Below are positions 11,941 to 25,329 of a DNA stretch of 64,000 bases, in pieces. The position numbers were made by a program, and so were the translations under genes. Origin of the DNA: Lama guanicoe (taxonomy: Eukaryota); contig MU054187.1 in NCBI GenBank assembly GCA_013239625.1, forward strand, positions 18,716,711 through 18,780,710. The letters run 5' to 3'. The stretch's first letter is position 1; the number at the start of each line of letters is the position of its first letter. The notes beneath the pieces were generated by a model that did not search any database, was not told where the DNA came from, and saw nothing but the letters and a program-made list of their open reading frames with translations.

Positions 11941-12707
11941 TTAAAGAAACTTTTTTACTCCTTTTCCCTACTCCAGCCCCCCAAAATAAAAAGACGTGTG
12001 TTGTATGTATGTGTGTCTAAAATTCCAAACAGTCTAACAGGACTTGTGGTTAGTAATCAAACGGATGAGGCATTCTGTTGACTTCCTGGTGTATGAAAGC
12101 AAGTTTACCGATGTCCTGGGTCCCCTCACCTCACTTTTTACCATCCCTCTGGTGCACCTCCCACCCCTGCCTTACTGACTTACATTGCTTACATTTCTCC
12201 AAACTTGATAGGCCTCCAAGACGTGCCTTTAACTGCTCCCTCTGTTCAAAATGCAAAATAGCGCTTTCGTGACTCCAAACTGGGCACGCCTCCCAGCCTT
12301 CCTCAAACTGCCCTTTCCCCCAGTCGTGTTCGCCTGGCCTACGTACCATGGGTTTCTGAACTGCCACCGGCTTAGGGCTGCCAGTCCTCCCCCAAAACAC
12401 TGGCTGAATAAATGAAATGTCTCAGGGAAGACTTATTGGCATTGGCATTGACATTAGCGATAGATTTCTGTCCATCAGGACACTGAGCTAACAAGGTGCT
12501 AAGTTCCTTAGAGACTTACATTAAAAGACTCATGATGATAAAATGACAGAAAAAAAACAAAGCTACAGTCATTTGGAAACACTGTCAGGACACTGGGAGG
12601 ACCTTACAAGAAAAGGGAAAGTGACATTTCCCAGGGGTTACATTCATGAATACCCTAGACTGCTTACTGTATCCAGTGCAAAACCCAGTAATAAAGAAGT
12701 TACTTAA

Positions 12708-12872
12708 ACACAAGGAACTATATTCAATATCTTGTAATAGCCTTCAATGAAAAAGAATATAAAAATGAATATATGTATATATATGCCTGACTGGGACATT
12801 GAGCTGTACACCAGAAATTGACACATTGTAACTGACTATACTTCAATAAAATAAAACATTAAAAATAAATGA
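12708..12872 (+). mobile_element. Truncated lineage L1 3' end
   Basis: 'ggaactatattcaatatcttgtaata...gctgtacaccagaaattgacacattgtaactgactatacttcaataaaa'; degenerate TSD around ttactt. Confidence 0.85.
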
Positions 12873-14307
12873 AATAAATTACTTGAAAACAGGAGGGAAT
12901 TCTCAGTCCTGGGGTTGAGGAGTCATAGCGAGAGAGGGAAATCGAGGAAATCGCCAAGCTTTGCGCAGGAAAGATCTTATCAGGGGAGCCCCATGAGTAG
13001 TCAGGCTGTGACTGGGTTTTGCCCCAGTGACACTTTATGAACCTGTTTCCTTAAGGGTAATAGCAGGACCCAAACAGATAACCCTGAATGATCTGGGGAA
13101 GGCTAAGACAGGGAAGTGTTGGCATTACCAGCCCATGTCATTTTTTAAAAGCACTTTAGAGTCGGCTCTGGTTATTTTATCTTTCCTGATGGGTTATATC
13201 TTCAAAATGCTTGCAGCCATTTTCAAATTCAATAAAAGTACATTAAATCACATCATGCTTTGGGGAAGGAAGGCAGCCTGCGGGGATAATGAGGGGGAGG
13301 CTGGGAGGACAGAGGCAGTGGTCAGGTCTGCACTGGTCACTGCTGTCCCTAATGACACCGGTGCCCCTGAGCCTGCGTATTAACCATGCAGTTCCTACCT
13401 GTTATCTGTGAGCCCTGGGAGTGCAAGATTTTTAAGACAGCTGGCAGCTGGGCTCGTCAAACTGAGCAGCTCCTTTCTGATGAAGCCCAGTTGTAGGATG
13501 CAGTCATCTTTGGTGGTTGGAAACTACCATAAATTCTTCAAGACGTAATTGGAATTGAAGTGGTTTCAGCCACTGGGGCTCACCGCGCCTGCCCTCGGAG
13601 GAGGAAAGCAGTGGGAGCGAGGAAACACATGTCCTTTCCGGCTTCCGAGGGGAGTGAGGAAGTGACAAGCTGTCCGAGGGGGGCTCTAACAATGTGACAA
13701 CCGTGCCTTGGACATGCAGAGGAGACAGCAACATCCTTCCGACCTCAAACACAAAGGGCAGCCTCTTCCTCTAGGGAGGTAATCCAATATCCTCATCCTA
13801 CGATGACTTGGCAAGACCCACAGCACAGAACTCTCTCCCGAGTTTCTCTTCCCATCTTCTTGGAAATGACGATTTACTGTGAAAGCACAAGGAAGTCCAC
13901 ACATCCTCCAATGTGATGAGATCCATATAATAAAACAAACTATAAAAATTTCTTGAATGTACAGAAACAGTATAAGCCTCACGGGCAAATACGCCTCACA
14001 GGGCAAGAACTGAAGGGTCTTTGCTTGCTTTTTCCCTCTTAAGGGTACTTACTCTTAAAGATCAAGGACCATCAGGTTCTGAGAAGCCAGGTGAATACCC
14101 ACACACTGTTATCTCTTTACCTGTGGCCCTGCTAGAGCCACTTTGGTATTGTAAACAATTCTTGTGATGAACCAGAGCTGCTGGTTGACATAACCTGCTA
14201 ACCGGGACATCCTGTGCTGATTGTCCATCTTGCCTCTTTTCCTGGGCAGCCTCATGAGTGCTGAGAGACAGGCTTCGGATTCAGAAAGGCAGAGAATTAA
14301 ATCCTAC

Positions 14308-14771
14308 TGTTACCGACCTGGGTTCTCGGCCCCCTTAATGAATAGAAATTGATAAGAGGCCAGAGGAGAAATTCAGGCAAGGCTTTATGGGGACTCGTGC
14401 TGCAGCACAAGGGAGCAAAAACAACATGTTCCTTTACTTGCTCCCTGAGGGGGTAGGGGGACCTGGTCCCTTAAATGGGGTAAGAATAGGGGCAGATTCA
14501 GGGGTCTGGCCGGAGGGGTAGTTTAAGTGGTCTGTGCACCTCGTTGGTGGTGCTGTGTGCAGGGGCCAGGCACAGGGACCAGGCACAGCGCCTTGTTTTT
14601 GCTCCTGACACTTTAGAAGTGGCAGTTGGGTATTTGGTCTTTTTGTATCTTCTTGTTCCTAACTCACTCCAACTGGCAGACACACAGTTATTTTTAGTCC
14701 CTTATAGTTTCTTTGTATTCTGTTGGCGGGTCTCAGTGCATGCATTGCAGCCCAGGTCCGAGCCTGTCTCA
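14308..14771 (-). mobile_element. Solo ERV LTR inserted in a MIR
   Basis: TG...CA termini (tgttacc...tgtctca), 4-bp TSD ctac/ccac, MIR sequence on both flanks. Confidence 0.75.
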
Positions 14772-15019
14772 CCACCTAGCCGGATGTCTCACTCCCTCCC
14801 TAACAGATGAGTTCAACTGACCTCGAGCTAAATACTTTACCTCTCAGAGCCTTTAGGATGGGAGTAATAATATTATCTCACAAGATGATTGGTAGTTTTA
14901 AATGGTGTGATCACTTTTACCCCATTTTCTGGTTTTATTTTCTTGACAGCGAATCTCACTGTCGGAAATTACCAGAATACCTGTGTCTTTTCTGTCCATT
15001 GCTCCTCCTCCCCCAAGCA

Positions 15020-15135
15020 CCTTCCTGAAGAGCAGGATTCTGGACCACTGCCTTTGTTCAGGGCTGTTTTCCCATTGTCTGGGGACGGCGCTCGGCACAT
15101 AGTAACTGCTCAATAAATATTTACTGAATGAATGA
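15020..15135 (+). mobile_element. L2 3' end
   Basis: 'ggcacatagtaactgctcaataaatatttactgaatgaatgaa'. Confidence 0.8.
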
Positions 15136-15929
15136 AGGTGAAATGATTGCATTTGTCAAGCACATAATAGAGACTGAATAATTGTTAGGGTTTTTTTTGT
15201 TGTTGTGCTTTTTTCCTCCTTAAGAGTTTAGGTTTCCCTCTGCGTTCATTGTAGCTGTGTGTAGCGCGGATACAAGCTGGAGTACAGGTCGAGGAATTCA
15301 GCCAAGTCCTCACTGTTCAGTCCAAGCAGATTGTTTCTGGATTCTTTAAGTTCTTACAGAGAAGACTTTCTGAGCTATTGCCATCTGCGTAGCCAGGAGA
15401 AGAATTTAGCTTTGGGATCAAGGTCATTTGCTGGTAAATTGGCTTTCTCATCCTAAGCCCTTTTCTGAAGCTGTTTTGTCCCCTCTCCAGGTGTTGTCTG
15501 GGCTGTCCTGGGGAAATGCTCCGGGTGTGGTAATGCTCATTCAGTAGGTGGCACTCTCTCCCAGAACACTGTCCTTTACAGCCCAGATGCGATGACTGAT
15601 AAATCATTAGACTAGGGCGAGGGTGGACGGATAGCAGAGTCACGGCCACAGAATAGTCATGCCAATTGCTTTGCAACTTTTCTTTCCGCTCACCACATCC
15701 CACCCCCTGGTCATGTTTTCTCTGTTCCTTTAGTACTTCTACCTAGTGTTCTATGGCCTTGACCTTAGGGAAGACACGCTGGCTGTTTTCCTAAGAGGAG
15801 TAGGGAACAAAAAGAAGACATTTATGCCAAGTTCTGGGCTTGAGATCCAGTTTTGATGATTTTTTTTTTCATTCCTTCATTCAATCATCCATCTACTCAC
15901 CAGACTTTTACTATGAGCCAACACATATC

Positions 15930-16180
15930 TTGGTGGTGAGAAGAATAGACTCTGAGGGCAATGACCTGGATTTGAAGTTTGCATCTGCTACTCACTGACT
16001 TTGGGAGAATTTCTTAACCTCTCAATGCCTCAGTTTTCTGATCTGTAAAATGGGGGTGACAATAATACTTATAGAGTTATTCCAGTGATTAAATTAAGTG
16101 TTATTTATAAAGTCCTAAGAGCAGTACCTGGAACACAGGGACATTAAATAAGGGTTTGTTCAATAAATAGTAGCTATTAC
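15930..16180 (+). mobile_element. MIR, near full length
   Basis: 'tcttaacctctcaatgcctcagttttctgatctgtaaaatggggg'. Confidence 0.85.
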
Positions 16181-16732
16181 TTGGCTAGTGACTTGCTTAA
16201 CTTTCTCAAATGGACACGGTAATGCTTTTTTAAAATATGAAATATAGTGCATATTTTCCTCCATTTAAAAATCTCAGAAACCAGGATGGGATATCATAAT
16301 TTGGAAACATTTTTTTTCTTCTTAGAGATATACAAAATAGTTAATTAATTTAAAACTTGATAGCTTATTGGGTTTGATGGACTATGGCAATTATAAACAG
16401 CATCTCTCCCTTTTGGCTGGTCCCTTCCACTCAGGTTGCATATGTGCTTGAATTTTCCCAATTAAAAAAGAAACAAAAAGAAGAGTTTCTGGCCCTGCCT
16501 CTCTTCTCTCTCTTCTTAAAGCATCACTTGCACCTATGCAGAGCCTAGCCTGGGATGGAAAAAGGGGACAAGGTCCCCCTAGAGGGTTTGAGTAGAGCTT
16601 GAAGGCCTCAGGATAGTGGGTCTCAGTCTGTCTCCATCCTTGTCTCACCTAGAAATGGCACATACTCCCTCACTGAGAGCCTCACCAGTGAGGACATGAG
16701 GGAAGGAAGGGGCCTTCTAAAATGAAGCTTGG

Positions 16733-16894
16733 TGGGGGTGGGTATAGCTCAGTGGTAGAGTGTAAATTTAGCATGCATGAGGGCCTGGGTTCAATCCCCA
16801 GTATCTCCATTAAAAATGAATAAATAAATCTAATTACCTCCCCCCTTCAAAATCCTGAAAATAAAACAAATTAATTTTTAAAAATTAAAAAAAA
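16733..16894 (+). mobile_element. tRNA-Ala-derived SINE (Vic-1-like)
   Basis: tRNA-like head; perfect TSD taaaatgaagcttgg at 16718-16732 and 16895-16909. Confidence 0.95.
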
Positions 16895-17504
16895 TAAAAT
16901 GAAGCTTGGGGTTAATCCCGTGATTGTGTCCTGGAAAAGCCTGGGCTTAGATTGAAAGCTGAATGGCCTTCCAGGAAAGTGTCTTCTCAAGTCTTGGGCT
17001 GAGAGTCACAATCAGAGAGACTTGGGCCTGGCACCAACAGAACTGGCCAAAGTTATCGCCTGGAAGAGGTCTCTTTGCAAATAGTATTCTCGACTTCCAT
17101 GTGGTCATCAGCTCACAGGGAGTGCTGGATGGATGCAGCATTTCAGTATTTTGGGTGATTTTTTTCTGCCTTCAACTTAAATTCTTTATTCTGTGCAATC
17201 TATCCATCTTACACAAAGCCACGCCTCCCCCATAAAGTTCCCCTGACGCTCCCTTTCACTTGACTCTATTCGCAGATGCTTACAGGCACTTCAAGGCACC
17301 CAGATGATCCCTCTTCTTTGACTTCCAGTGCTCCTAAGACACCCCACGTGGGCCTGTGGTACTTCTCACACCCCTCTACCCATTCATTTAAGCACCTCCT
17401 CCTAGTCGACCCCATTTTTACCCCTAAAAACTCTCCCAAAGTTCTACCCACCCAGAATCTGCAATCAGAGCTTCACCATCTTTTAGTTATTCCTTCATTG
17501 AGTG

Positions 17505-17933
17505 TATTGTCCTAAAAAATAAAAGAGCCAATTATTTTACCAGCATAATGTGCTGATTTGGAAATAGCAGAGGAATTGCAGTTTGGGACAAGCAAGTAAT
17601 AGCAAAAGCATAGGCTTAGTCCAAGCAAAGGAGAGAAACGTTACTTTATAGAGAAAAAGGAAGAAGTCGGGAGGGGTTGTTTTGGATGAAAGTCTGTTGG
17701 CTGAAAGCAAGTGTTCAGGACATCAGGTGTTTCCCATCGGCTGGCCTTCTGCTGGGCAAGGAGAAACCTTCCTGTGGAAGTCTGTAAGTGACAGTCTTCC
17801 CTTGGGGTCCGTAATTGTTATCGCCTTGTTTCTGTTGGGATTTGTAATTGACTTCAACGGGTAGTGCGTAAGGGCTCCCCCTTCTGGTCGCCAAACTCCA
17901 CTTGAACTGAGATTTCCTTTATTCTGTTTCACA
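17505..17933 (-). mobile_element. Probable solo LTR inserted in an L2
   Basis: TG...CA-type ends (...ctgtttcaca), minus-strand TATAAAG, L2-like flanks; no clear TSD. Confidence 0.5.
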
Positions 17934-18914
17934 AGTGCTTATGAAGTCCCTCTGCTCAATGCTGGGCACACAAACTGAGTAAGACCAGTCCCTGCTCTGG
18001 GGATGTTCAGTTAGTCTCCTACCAGTTTCCAGGAGCCCTTCACACACATTGTCTGATCTAAGCCTCTAAGCAGCCACTGAGAAGGGCATCTCTTATTCAT
18101 AGTTCACAGATGTAGAACTGAGGAGAGGAGGGGTTAAAAGCCTTCCTCCAAGGCAATGGCCAAGCCAGGAGATCCCTTGATTGACAAAAAGTAAGCTAGA
18201 TGGTGATGCCCGCCCTCCGGGAGCCTGCCCTCGGTTTCCAGGCACCTCCTTCTCACCTCGTCCTTTCTCTCTGAAGTTTCAGTCTAACATAAAGCTGCAG
18301 CGTGGGTCCTGATCAACCCCAAACCGAAGCAGCCTTCGTTAAACTTTAAAATCCTTACTTACACATACCAGAGAAGACCTTAGCCCTCCATAGCAGACCC
18401 TAGGGCTTGCTCCATCTCTCGACACGTCTTTTTCGCCACAGGTGTGTCTGGGTGGGGGTTGGGAGGGTCACTGAGTCAGTAAATACTTACTGAACAGCAG
18501 GCACCTCTCTAGGCTCTGGGAATTCACCTTGCAGTGGACTTGGGAAGATGTTAATACCAAAAAAACTTTGAGCAAGAAATTAGAGTTGGGACCCTATATA
18601 ACGTGCTACTGTTCTTATGAGAGGGGCAGTTGCATTTATATTTGTTTTTCTATTTTTAATTGTTACATTTTTATAGTTAGGGTTCTGTCAAAGCCTGAGG
18701 TCTTTGTAGAAGCCCCTTTGGAGCCGGGAAAGGACACGAGGCCACAGCTGAAGCCTCGGTCCACTGCTCCGCGTGGAGGGGACCTGGGACCTCAAACTAA
18801 CCCCGGCCACACGGTGGGGCTCTCCACACCCCCCAGATGTCTGCTGAGTCACGACTTACCCCCCACAAGGGGGTGGGGCAAGGAAGGCTGCTTTCTGTTA
18901 CCATCTTGAGTGAC

Positions 18915-19305
18915 CTAAGTCAGACAGGGAAAGACAAATGTCACATGGTATCGCTTACATGTGGAATCTAAAAAAGATGACACAAAACTTCCTTACAAAC
19001 CAAAAACAAATTCACAACCGTAGAAAACAAACTATGGTTACCAAAGGGGAAAGAGTGGGGAAGAATAAATTAGGGGCTGGAGATTAACAGACACACATTA
19101 CTATACTTAAAAGACATAAACAACAGGAACTTACTGTATAGCACAGGGAACTGTATTCAATTTCTTGTAATAACCTGTAATGGAAAAGAATCTGAAAAGA
19201 AAATATATATGTATGTATATATGTATATAACTGAATCACTGTGCTGTACACCTGAAACTAACATTGTAAATCAACTACACTTCAATTCAAATAAATAATT
19301 AAATA
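18915..19305 (+). mobile_element. L1 3' UTR (artiodactyl type)
   Basis: 'gtggaatctaaaaaa...atggttaccaaagggg...actgtatagcacagggaac...gctgtacacctgaaactaac'; gacctaa on both flanks. Confidence 0.9.
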
Positions 19306-19395
19306 TACAGACCTAATCCCCCCCCAAAGAAAAGGTTCACTGTTTTTACTTTACTTGTTTATTCTTTTTTGAAGGCTTCTGCTTCAAAACACCCT

Positions 19396-19514
19396 GGGGA
19401 TGCGGAGGATGGTATAGCTCAGTGGCACAGCTCACGCATGCTTACAGTGCACAAGGTCCCAGGTTCAAACCCCAGTACTTATTTCTTTAAAAAAATTAAA
19501 AGCAAAAAAACAAG
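19396..19514 (+). mobile_element. tRNA-Ala-derived SINE, diverged
   Basis: ggtatagctcagtgg...aaggtcccaggttcaaaccccagtac plus A tail; TSD aaacac(c/t)ct. Confidence 0.8.
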
Positions 19515-20703
19515 AAACACTCTCCAAGCATCATGTTTGAAAGCATGCAGTGCCCAGCCCAGAGTGGGCTTAATAAATCAAGACTGACTCCTACTGGGGC
19601 TAAAGCATGAAACGGAGACCTCGGGGATGCTGATTATTTATCATTATCTCCAGGCAAGATAATTTATCATCTCCAGTGAAGGAACGCTGGACTCCAACAA
19701 AGAAAAGAAAATGCCCTCTATAGAGGGAAGGATAAGGATGGGGAGGAGTCCCCCCCCCCTTTTAGAACGTTTTTCCTGCCCCACCCAGGCTGCTCCCTCA
19801 TTCTTGGCCTCCCAAACTCTTCCCCACCCCACCCTGACTCCCTGCTCTCCGATCACAAACCCTCAGTTCTCAAGATAACATACCATAAAAGCATGTGAGA
19901 TGAAAATGGTTGATAGGGCTGGGAGCTGAAAGAGGAGAGCCCTGGACCCAGCCTTGGAGACAACTTCTGTCTTGCAGAGAGGCACCCGGGGTCATGCATT
20001 GCTTCCACCAGTATGTTACATTTTTAACAGACAACAAAGAATTTAGATAAGAGTAGAGTTTAGATTTTGGTGTTCTAAGCTGGAGAGAGGGTGTGGAGGA
20101 AGTCCCCCTCCTCCCCACCTCCCCAGCCACCCCAGGAGGGGAGGGGAGGCTCCATGCAAGTGGGACTCTTCAGAGCTTTTGTCTCAGTCCTTCCATCCCC
20201 CGTAGAAACATCAGGAGTGGCTTTCAGGTTTGAACAATAAGATAATTCAGTTAAAAGAGAATGATGATTCTTCTCCCGTCCCCCCATCCCCAAAGAAAAA
20301 CAACTAAACAGATTTCCTAGACTTTGCTCATGGAGCATTCGTCGTTGGAAGCTTTCTCCCCTGTTCTGGGCAGATGCAGTGACCTAGCAGAGAACTCTCA
20401 CGACTCCCGTGCCTGCTTCCCCGCTCACCTACGAGCCTCCCCGTCAGGACAGGGGCTCTTTGTAGACAGGCCATGGTCTCTAGGTCTGTGAGGCTCACTG
20501 CACATCCCTGGTGTATCCACATGCTGGATGAACACTGTTGGATGGAAGAGAAGCAATTAACAACCTTGAGTTCCATATTGAGATGCTGCGTGCGGAAAAC
20601 TCTTAAGAAACTGAAATAGGTGACGTAAATGTTTCCTCACCCTGATTTGGAAGAAAAACACCATCTCCAATTACCAGAAGCAAAAATGTTTTCCTGCCAT
20701 AGA

Positions 20704-20705
<2 letters not shown>

Positions 20706-20752
<47 letters not shown>

Positions 20753-20771
20753 TGTGTGTGTGTGTGTGTGT
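20706..20771. repeat. (GT)n microsatellite
   Basis: About 32 GT units with one interruption. Confidence 0.97.
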
Positions 20772-20851
20772 TTTAAGGAGGTAGGGGGGATGGAACCCAG
20801 GACCTCGTGCATGCTAAGCTTGCACTCTACCACTGAGCTATAGCCCCATCC
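20772..20851 (-). mobile_element. tRNA-Ala-derived SINE head with (CA)n tail
   Basis: gaacccaggacctcgtgcatgctaagc...ctctaccactgagctata. Confidence 0.9.
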
Positions 20852-23800
20852 TTGATTCCAACTAATTTACTTGGTAAATATTTCAGGGGTGACTGCCTGG
20901 CACAGGAAGTAAACCTTCATTAGCAAGTCACCAGCAAGACCATCTCTTCCCTCATTCTTAATCACTCTTAGACCTTCTTCCTTTCCTTTTCTCTCCTATC
21001 AGAGTATGACACAGCATCTCATTTATTAACTTAGGGGACCAGTCAATGGAAAACTCTACTCTCCACTTTTTCAGAAAGACTGGGGAAACTACAGTCTCTT
21101 CCTGTCCTACTTGGAGACCCGTGTCTGAAGTTTGCCTAGGAGTTTGGGAGAGAAACACAGAGACAATTAGGATGCAGAGGAGAGAATGGCTTAGTCCCCA
21201 GGTCTAGCTGCTCAGTGACCTCTGATCCCAGCTGCGGCTGCCTCGCCACTCGTATGCCGTGTGGATCCAATGCCAACCTGTCCCCTCCCCTAGCTGTTGC
21301 AAACCCATTGACTTCGGGTGCCCAAAGTGGAAAGACCCTAGTCAAATTCCAAAAGAATCCCTTTGCCTAGCATTGCCTGATTCTGGTGAGGTCAGATGGA
21401 GTGAATAGTCACCCCTGAGGTATGAATTAGGTAGCACCGGAAGGCCCCTGCTCAAAAATAAATTCCACATGAATGCCTGCACTGTTGGTGATTAATTCAT
21501 CCCTTTATTCACTGAACAAATATTTACCTGGTCCTCCCCAGACAACCCCTCCCCCAGTCAAACAAACAGAAACGGTGTCTGTCCTCAAGTTGATCAAGAA
21601 GTAGCAGAAAATTCTGAAGCAAATATAATTTACCCAGTGCCAGGTGAGGCGCCTAGATTTGCAGGAAGAGCCTTGTTTTGGAGCATGGGTTGTTGACTTT
21701 AACGTCCCGCCTTCCAAATCTAGCTGATGACCCGGGACAAGTTACTCAACCTGTTAGAACCTGTTTTCTTGTAGGTCTAACAGGGATGATGGTAGTAATA
21801 GCTTACCCCTTGTGGTGAGAATTCTGCAAAACTCGCCCCAGGAAACGTTCTAAGAGCTTCTGGTAAGAAGGGACACGGTAATGTGAGAGTGCAAATGAAG
21901 TCACAGTTGCATCTGTCCACAGGCACTGAGGAAGGTTTCGCGGGCAGGTGGCATCTGATCTGGGTCTTCAAGGACAAGCAGGAATCGGCCAGGCAGAAAA
22001 GACAGGCGGGTGGATCTCAGGCAAAGGGAACAGTGTCTACAAACCAGTGAAGCAAGACATCACATAATGTCTTCTTAGAACTTGAGAGGTTTCAGTCTTA
22101 AAGGACAGAGAATGTTGGAGAGCTGGGGGTGGGGCGCCTCGTCCACCGACTGCCCTCTTTTCCCTACAGAGCCTCATGACTCACCCTTCCCCTTCTTGAA
22201 GTCATTGCTCAAATGACACCCCGACCTTCCTAGGTCAAAGTGCACCAGCCCCTCCCCCTGGATGGCTGGTCCCCTTTCCTGTTTGGTTTTTCTCCAAAGT
22301 ACCTATTGTCAAAGATAATATAAATCTATTTATTTTATTTATAGACCTTCTTAAGACTCCAGCCCTCTCCCCTCCCCACCACATACATAGACTGGAAGCT
22401 TCCCGAGGAGAGGATTTTTGTGTTCTTTCCACAGACAAATCCCGCATGTCTCCCACAGAGCTGGGCACGGCAAGACAGGAGAAGCTCTGGGTGCTGGGTG
22501 GCCGCTGGGCCCTGACGTGGAACCAGATGGCGCCTCCTCTCTCCAGCAGTCATTGGTGTGGAAGTGCTAGGACCTTCTGAGGTCTCCTGGGTGTTCTGTG
22601 CCTGCTTTTGAGAAACCCCACTGAGGAATTCTGACTGCTTCATTTGTCTGTCTGTGCCACTCTCTAAAGACTTTCAAAATGTAAATGCTTCTGAAGTTGA
22701 GACCACTTTTAGTCAGTCTCTTACTTTTGTGTGACTGTGTGTGTCTGGTGTTGGGAGAGGTGACTTTGGGACTCAAAGGAGACTTCCAACTGCCTGGGGG
22801 GAGGAGAAGATGTTGAAAGGACAGGGTGGGGGTTCAGGAATGGAGGCGCCCAGAGACACATAACTCTTTCACAACTTGGCCTGGGGCTGTTCCTGCGATT
22901 GGGTGTCTCAGCCAAGAATGTCCCCAGAATTCCAAGTCATTTTTAGATGCAGTTTTCTTATCCTGTGTTCAATAATCTTCCATAAAATATGTTTAAGATC
23001 GGGGAAAAGAAAAGGGTTTGTGTACTTAGCTCTTTGAGGGCTTAAAGTGAGGGGGACAAGGGTCCAAAAGTTCTTTGGTGTTTGGTTTTTATTTTTGTTT
23101 TATGAAATGGCACGAAGTATAGAGTATATAGTATACTGTAACTAGTAGCCTACCACACACCCATTTACCAGTTAAATATGCATTTACCTTAGGCTTTTTT
23201 TTTAATGCTAACATGGTTCTTTATCTAACATTTCAAACTTTTAAAGCAATAAATACTCATATAACTAAACAACAAGTGACACCAGGAAAACAAGCAAAAG
23301 ACAGCCATAAACTGTTAAGTGATATTTGCATGCTTACAGCAATAAAAGAATGAGTATTCAGAATATGTAAATAACTCAAGAAACCAATGGGGAAAAAAAG
23401 ATTCCCCCTTCTGGTTGTTCTGTGGCAACTACAGATCTGGACAAATCCCCGCCAGCTTTCCCCGTCCTGCACCCTCTCCTCACTCCTTATCCATCTCTAC
23501 CACTCACAACTGAAGCTCACACGCTGGGGGTGGAGGGTTTGTCCCGCTGTCTCCACGTGAAAGAGAAAGGGCCTTAATATTTATTACAAGAATCTTCTTT
23601 TCACTTCTCAACAACTTTGAGAGGTCAATGTCAGCATTCCCACTTTACCAGTGGGAGAAAACCAGCCCCCGAAGCATCCAATAACTCTCAGCTGTCACCA
23701 GGGTGACAAATAGAGAAAGACGATTTGAACCCAGGACTGTATGATTCCAAAGCTCAAGCTCTTTTCCCTAAAGCGCACTTCTAAGAACATCATGATTGCC

Positions 23801-25329
23801 TCTCGACTTCAAGAGGTGACTGTGCCTGACAAACCAGCATCATTGTTAACAAGCACGACAAGTTGTGACAAGGTCCTGTGCTGAGGGGTGGGGATGAGGA
23901 CAAGGCTGGTGGGGTGGGGGACCCCAGTTTTTCTTCCTGTGAGCATGCCGTGTAACAAAGGCAGGCACTGGTAAAGGGCAATGGCATTACTGGACGCTGG
24001 GAAGTCACCAGATGTAACTGGAGCACAGAGGTCTTTCCTGGTGTTGCACATGTAACCCTTCTGTGTTGTGGGCATGTGTGGCAGGGCTTGCTACAAGCCA
24101 ACTACTGAGTTTTGCAGACTGGGATTCCAATCCCTGCTCTGCTTCTTGGCAGTTGGATGATCTTAGGCATCTCCATCCTAAGTCTTGGTTTCCTCTTATT
24201 CACAAAGTGAGGCAAATACCTCAATCCTAGGAAGCTGTTAAAGCGTTCAGTGAAGTGTGTGTAGAGCATTTAGCCCAGGGCCTGGCATGCAGTAAGCCCT
24301 CACTAAAGAGGAGCCATATTTGTTTTAGCGTTAAGATCATCATTTGGCAGATATGAATTATGAAACACAGAAATGCCTTCATTCAGTCAACAGCTGGCGG
24401 TGGGACGTCAACTCTGTCACAGGCAGTGAGCAGCACGGCTGAGCTGCCTGCTGTCCTGGAGCTGTGTTCTGGAGTGGGGGGACAGGCAGGAAGCCGAACC
24501 AGGAAGTAAGTGACACGATACACCGAAATGTGATACGGGTTCTGGGAAAAATAGAAATCAGAGTTTAGATGACCATCCAAGTCATACATTGAGACTCATC
24601 TAATCTGAACCACCATCAGTGAGTGCTAACGCTGGGAGTTGATGGGCTGAAAACTAATGCTGGAGCCTAATTTCCTTTTTTTTTTTTTATGGTAACAGTA
24701 TATTGTGTTTTTTCTAGTCATCTCAGTGCCCCAGATAAAGCAATTTCCTCTCCCACTGAGAGTTAACAGACTCCCTTGAAAATTCTAGCTGGTGTTTCCA
24801 GATAAATGGTTTATTTTCAATTGTTGTTTTGTTTACAACAAGAGTGATATCCAATGGCAAGTTGCTGTCTGCATTACTGAAAAACAAAAACAAATATTCA
24901 AAGCTACAGGTGTAACTGATGGTATTTTTCTATTGATGGTTGAGGAGAAATCATCTCGCAACTTGAAAAACGTTCTGGGGAGAAAAATCAACCATAGAAA
25001 TTTCAGGTTGGAAGGGACCTTTAGGGTTATGCTCAAATTCCCCCGATGTGGCTCAGATAGGACTGGATTAACTTGATTTGTATTGGACTGGAGCTCCATT
25101 TCCTTAATTACAGGTTGATAGAAGTAGATATTGAGAAAAGGGAAGATATGCTTATCAATAGATTTTCTTGAGAGCACTTGCTAAGACAGAAAGATTTTCC
25201 CTTCCCAAATGCTGCTAAGGATATTCTTGGTGAGACATAGTTTTTATTTTTTTCTGTTGAATACCCCAAGGCAGGAAGATGCAGGGAGTGAAGCTACCAG
25301 GACCAGGCCTGACGTCTGTTTCAGTCTTC

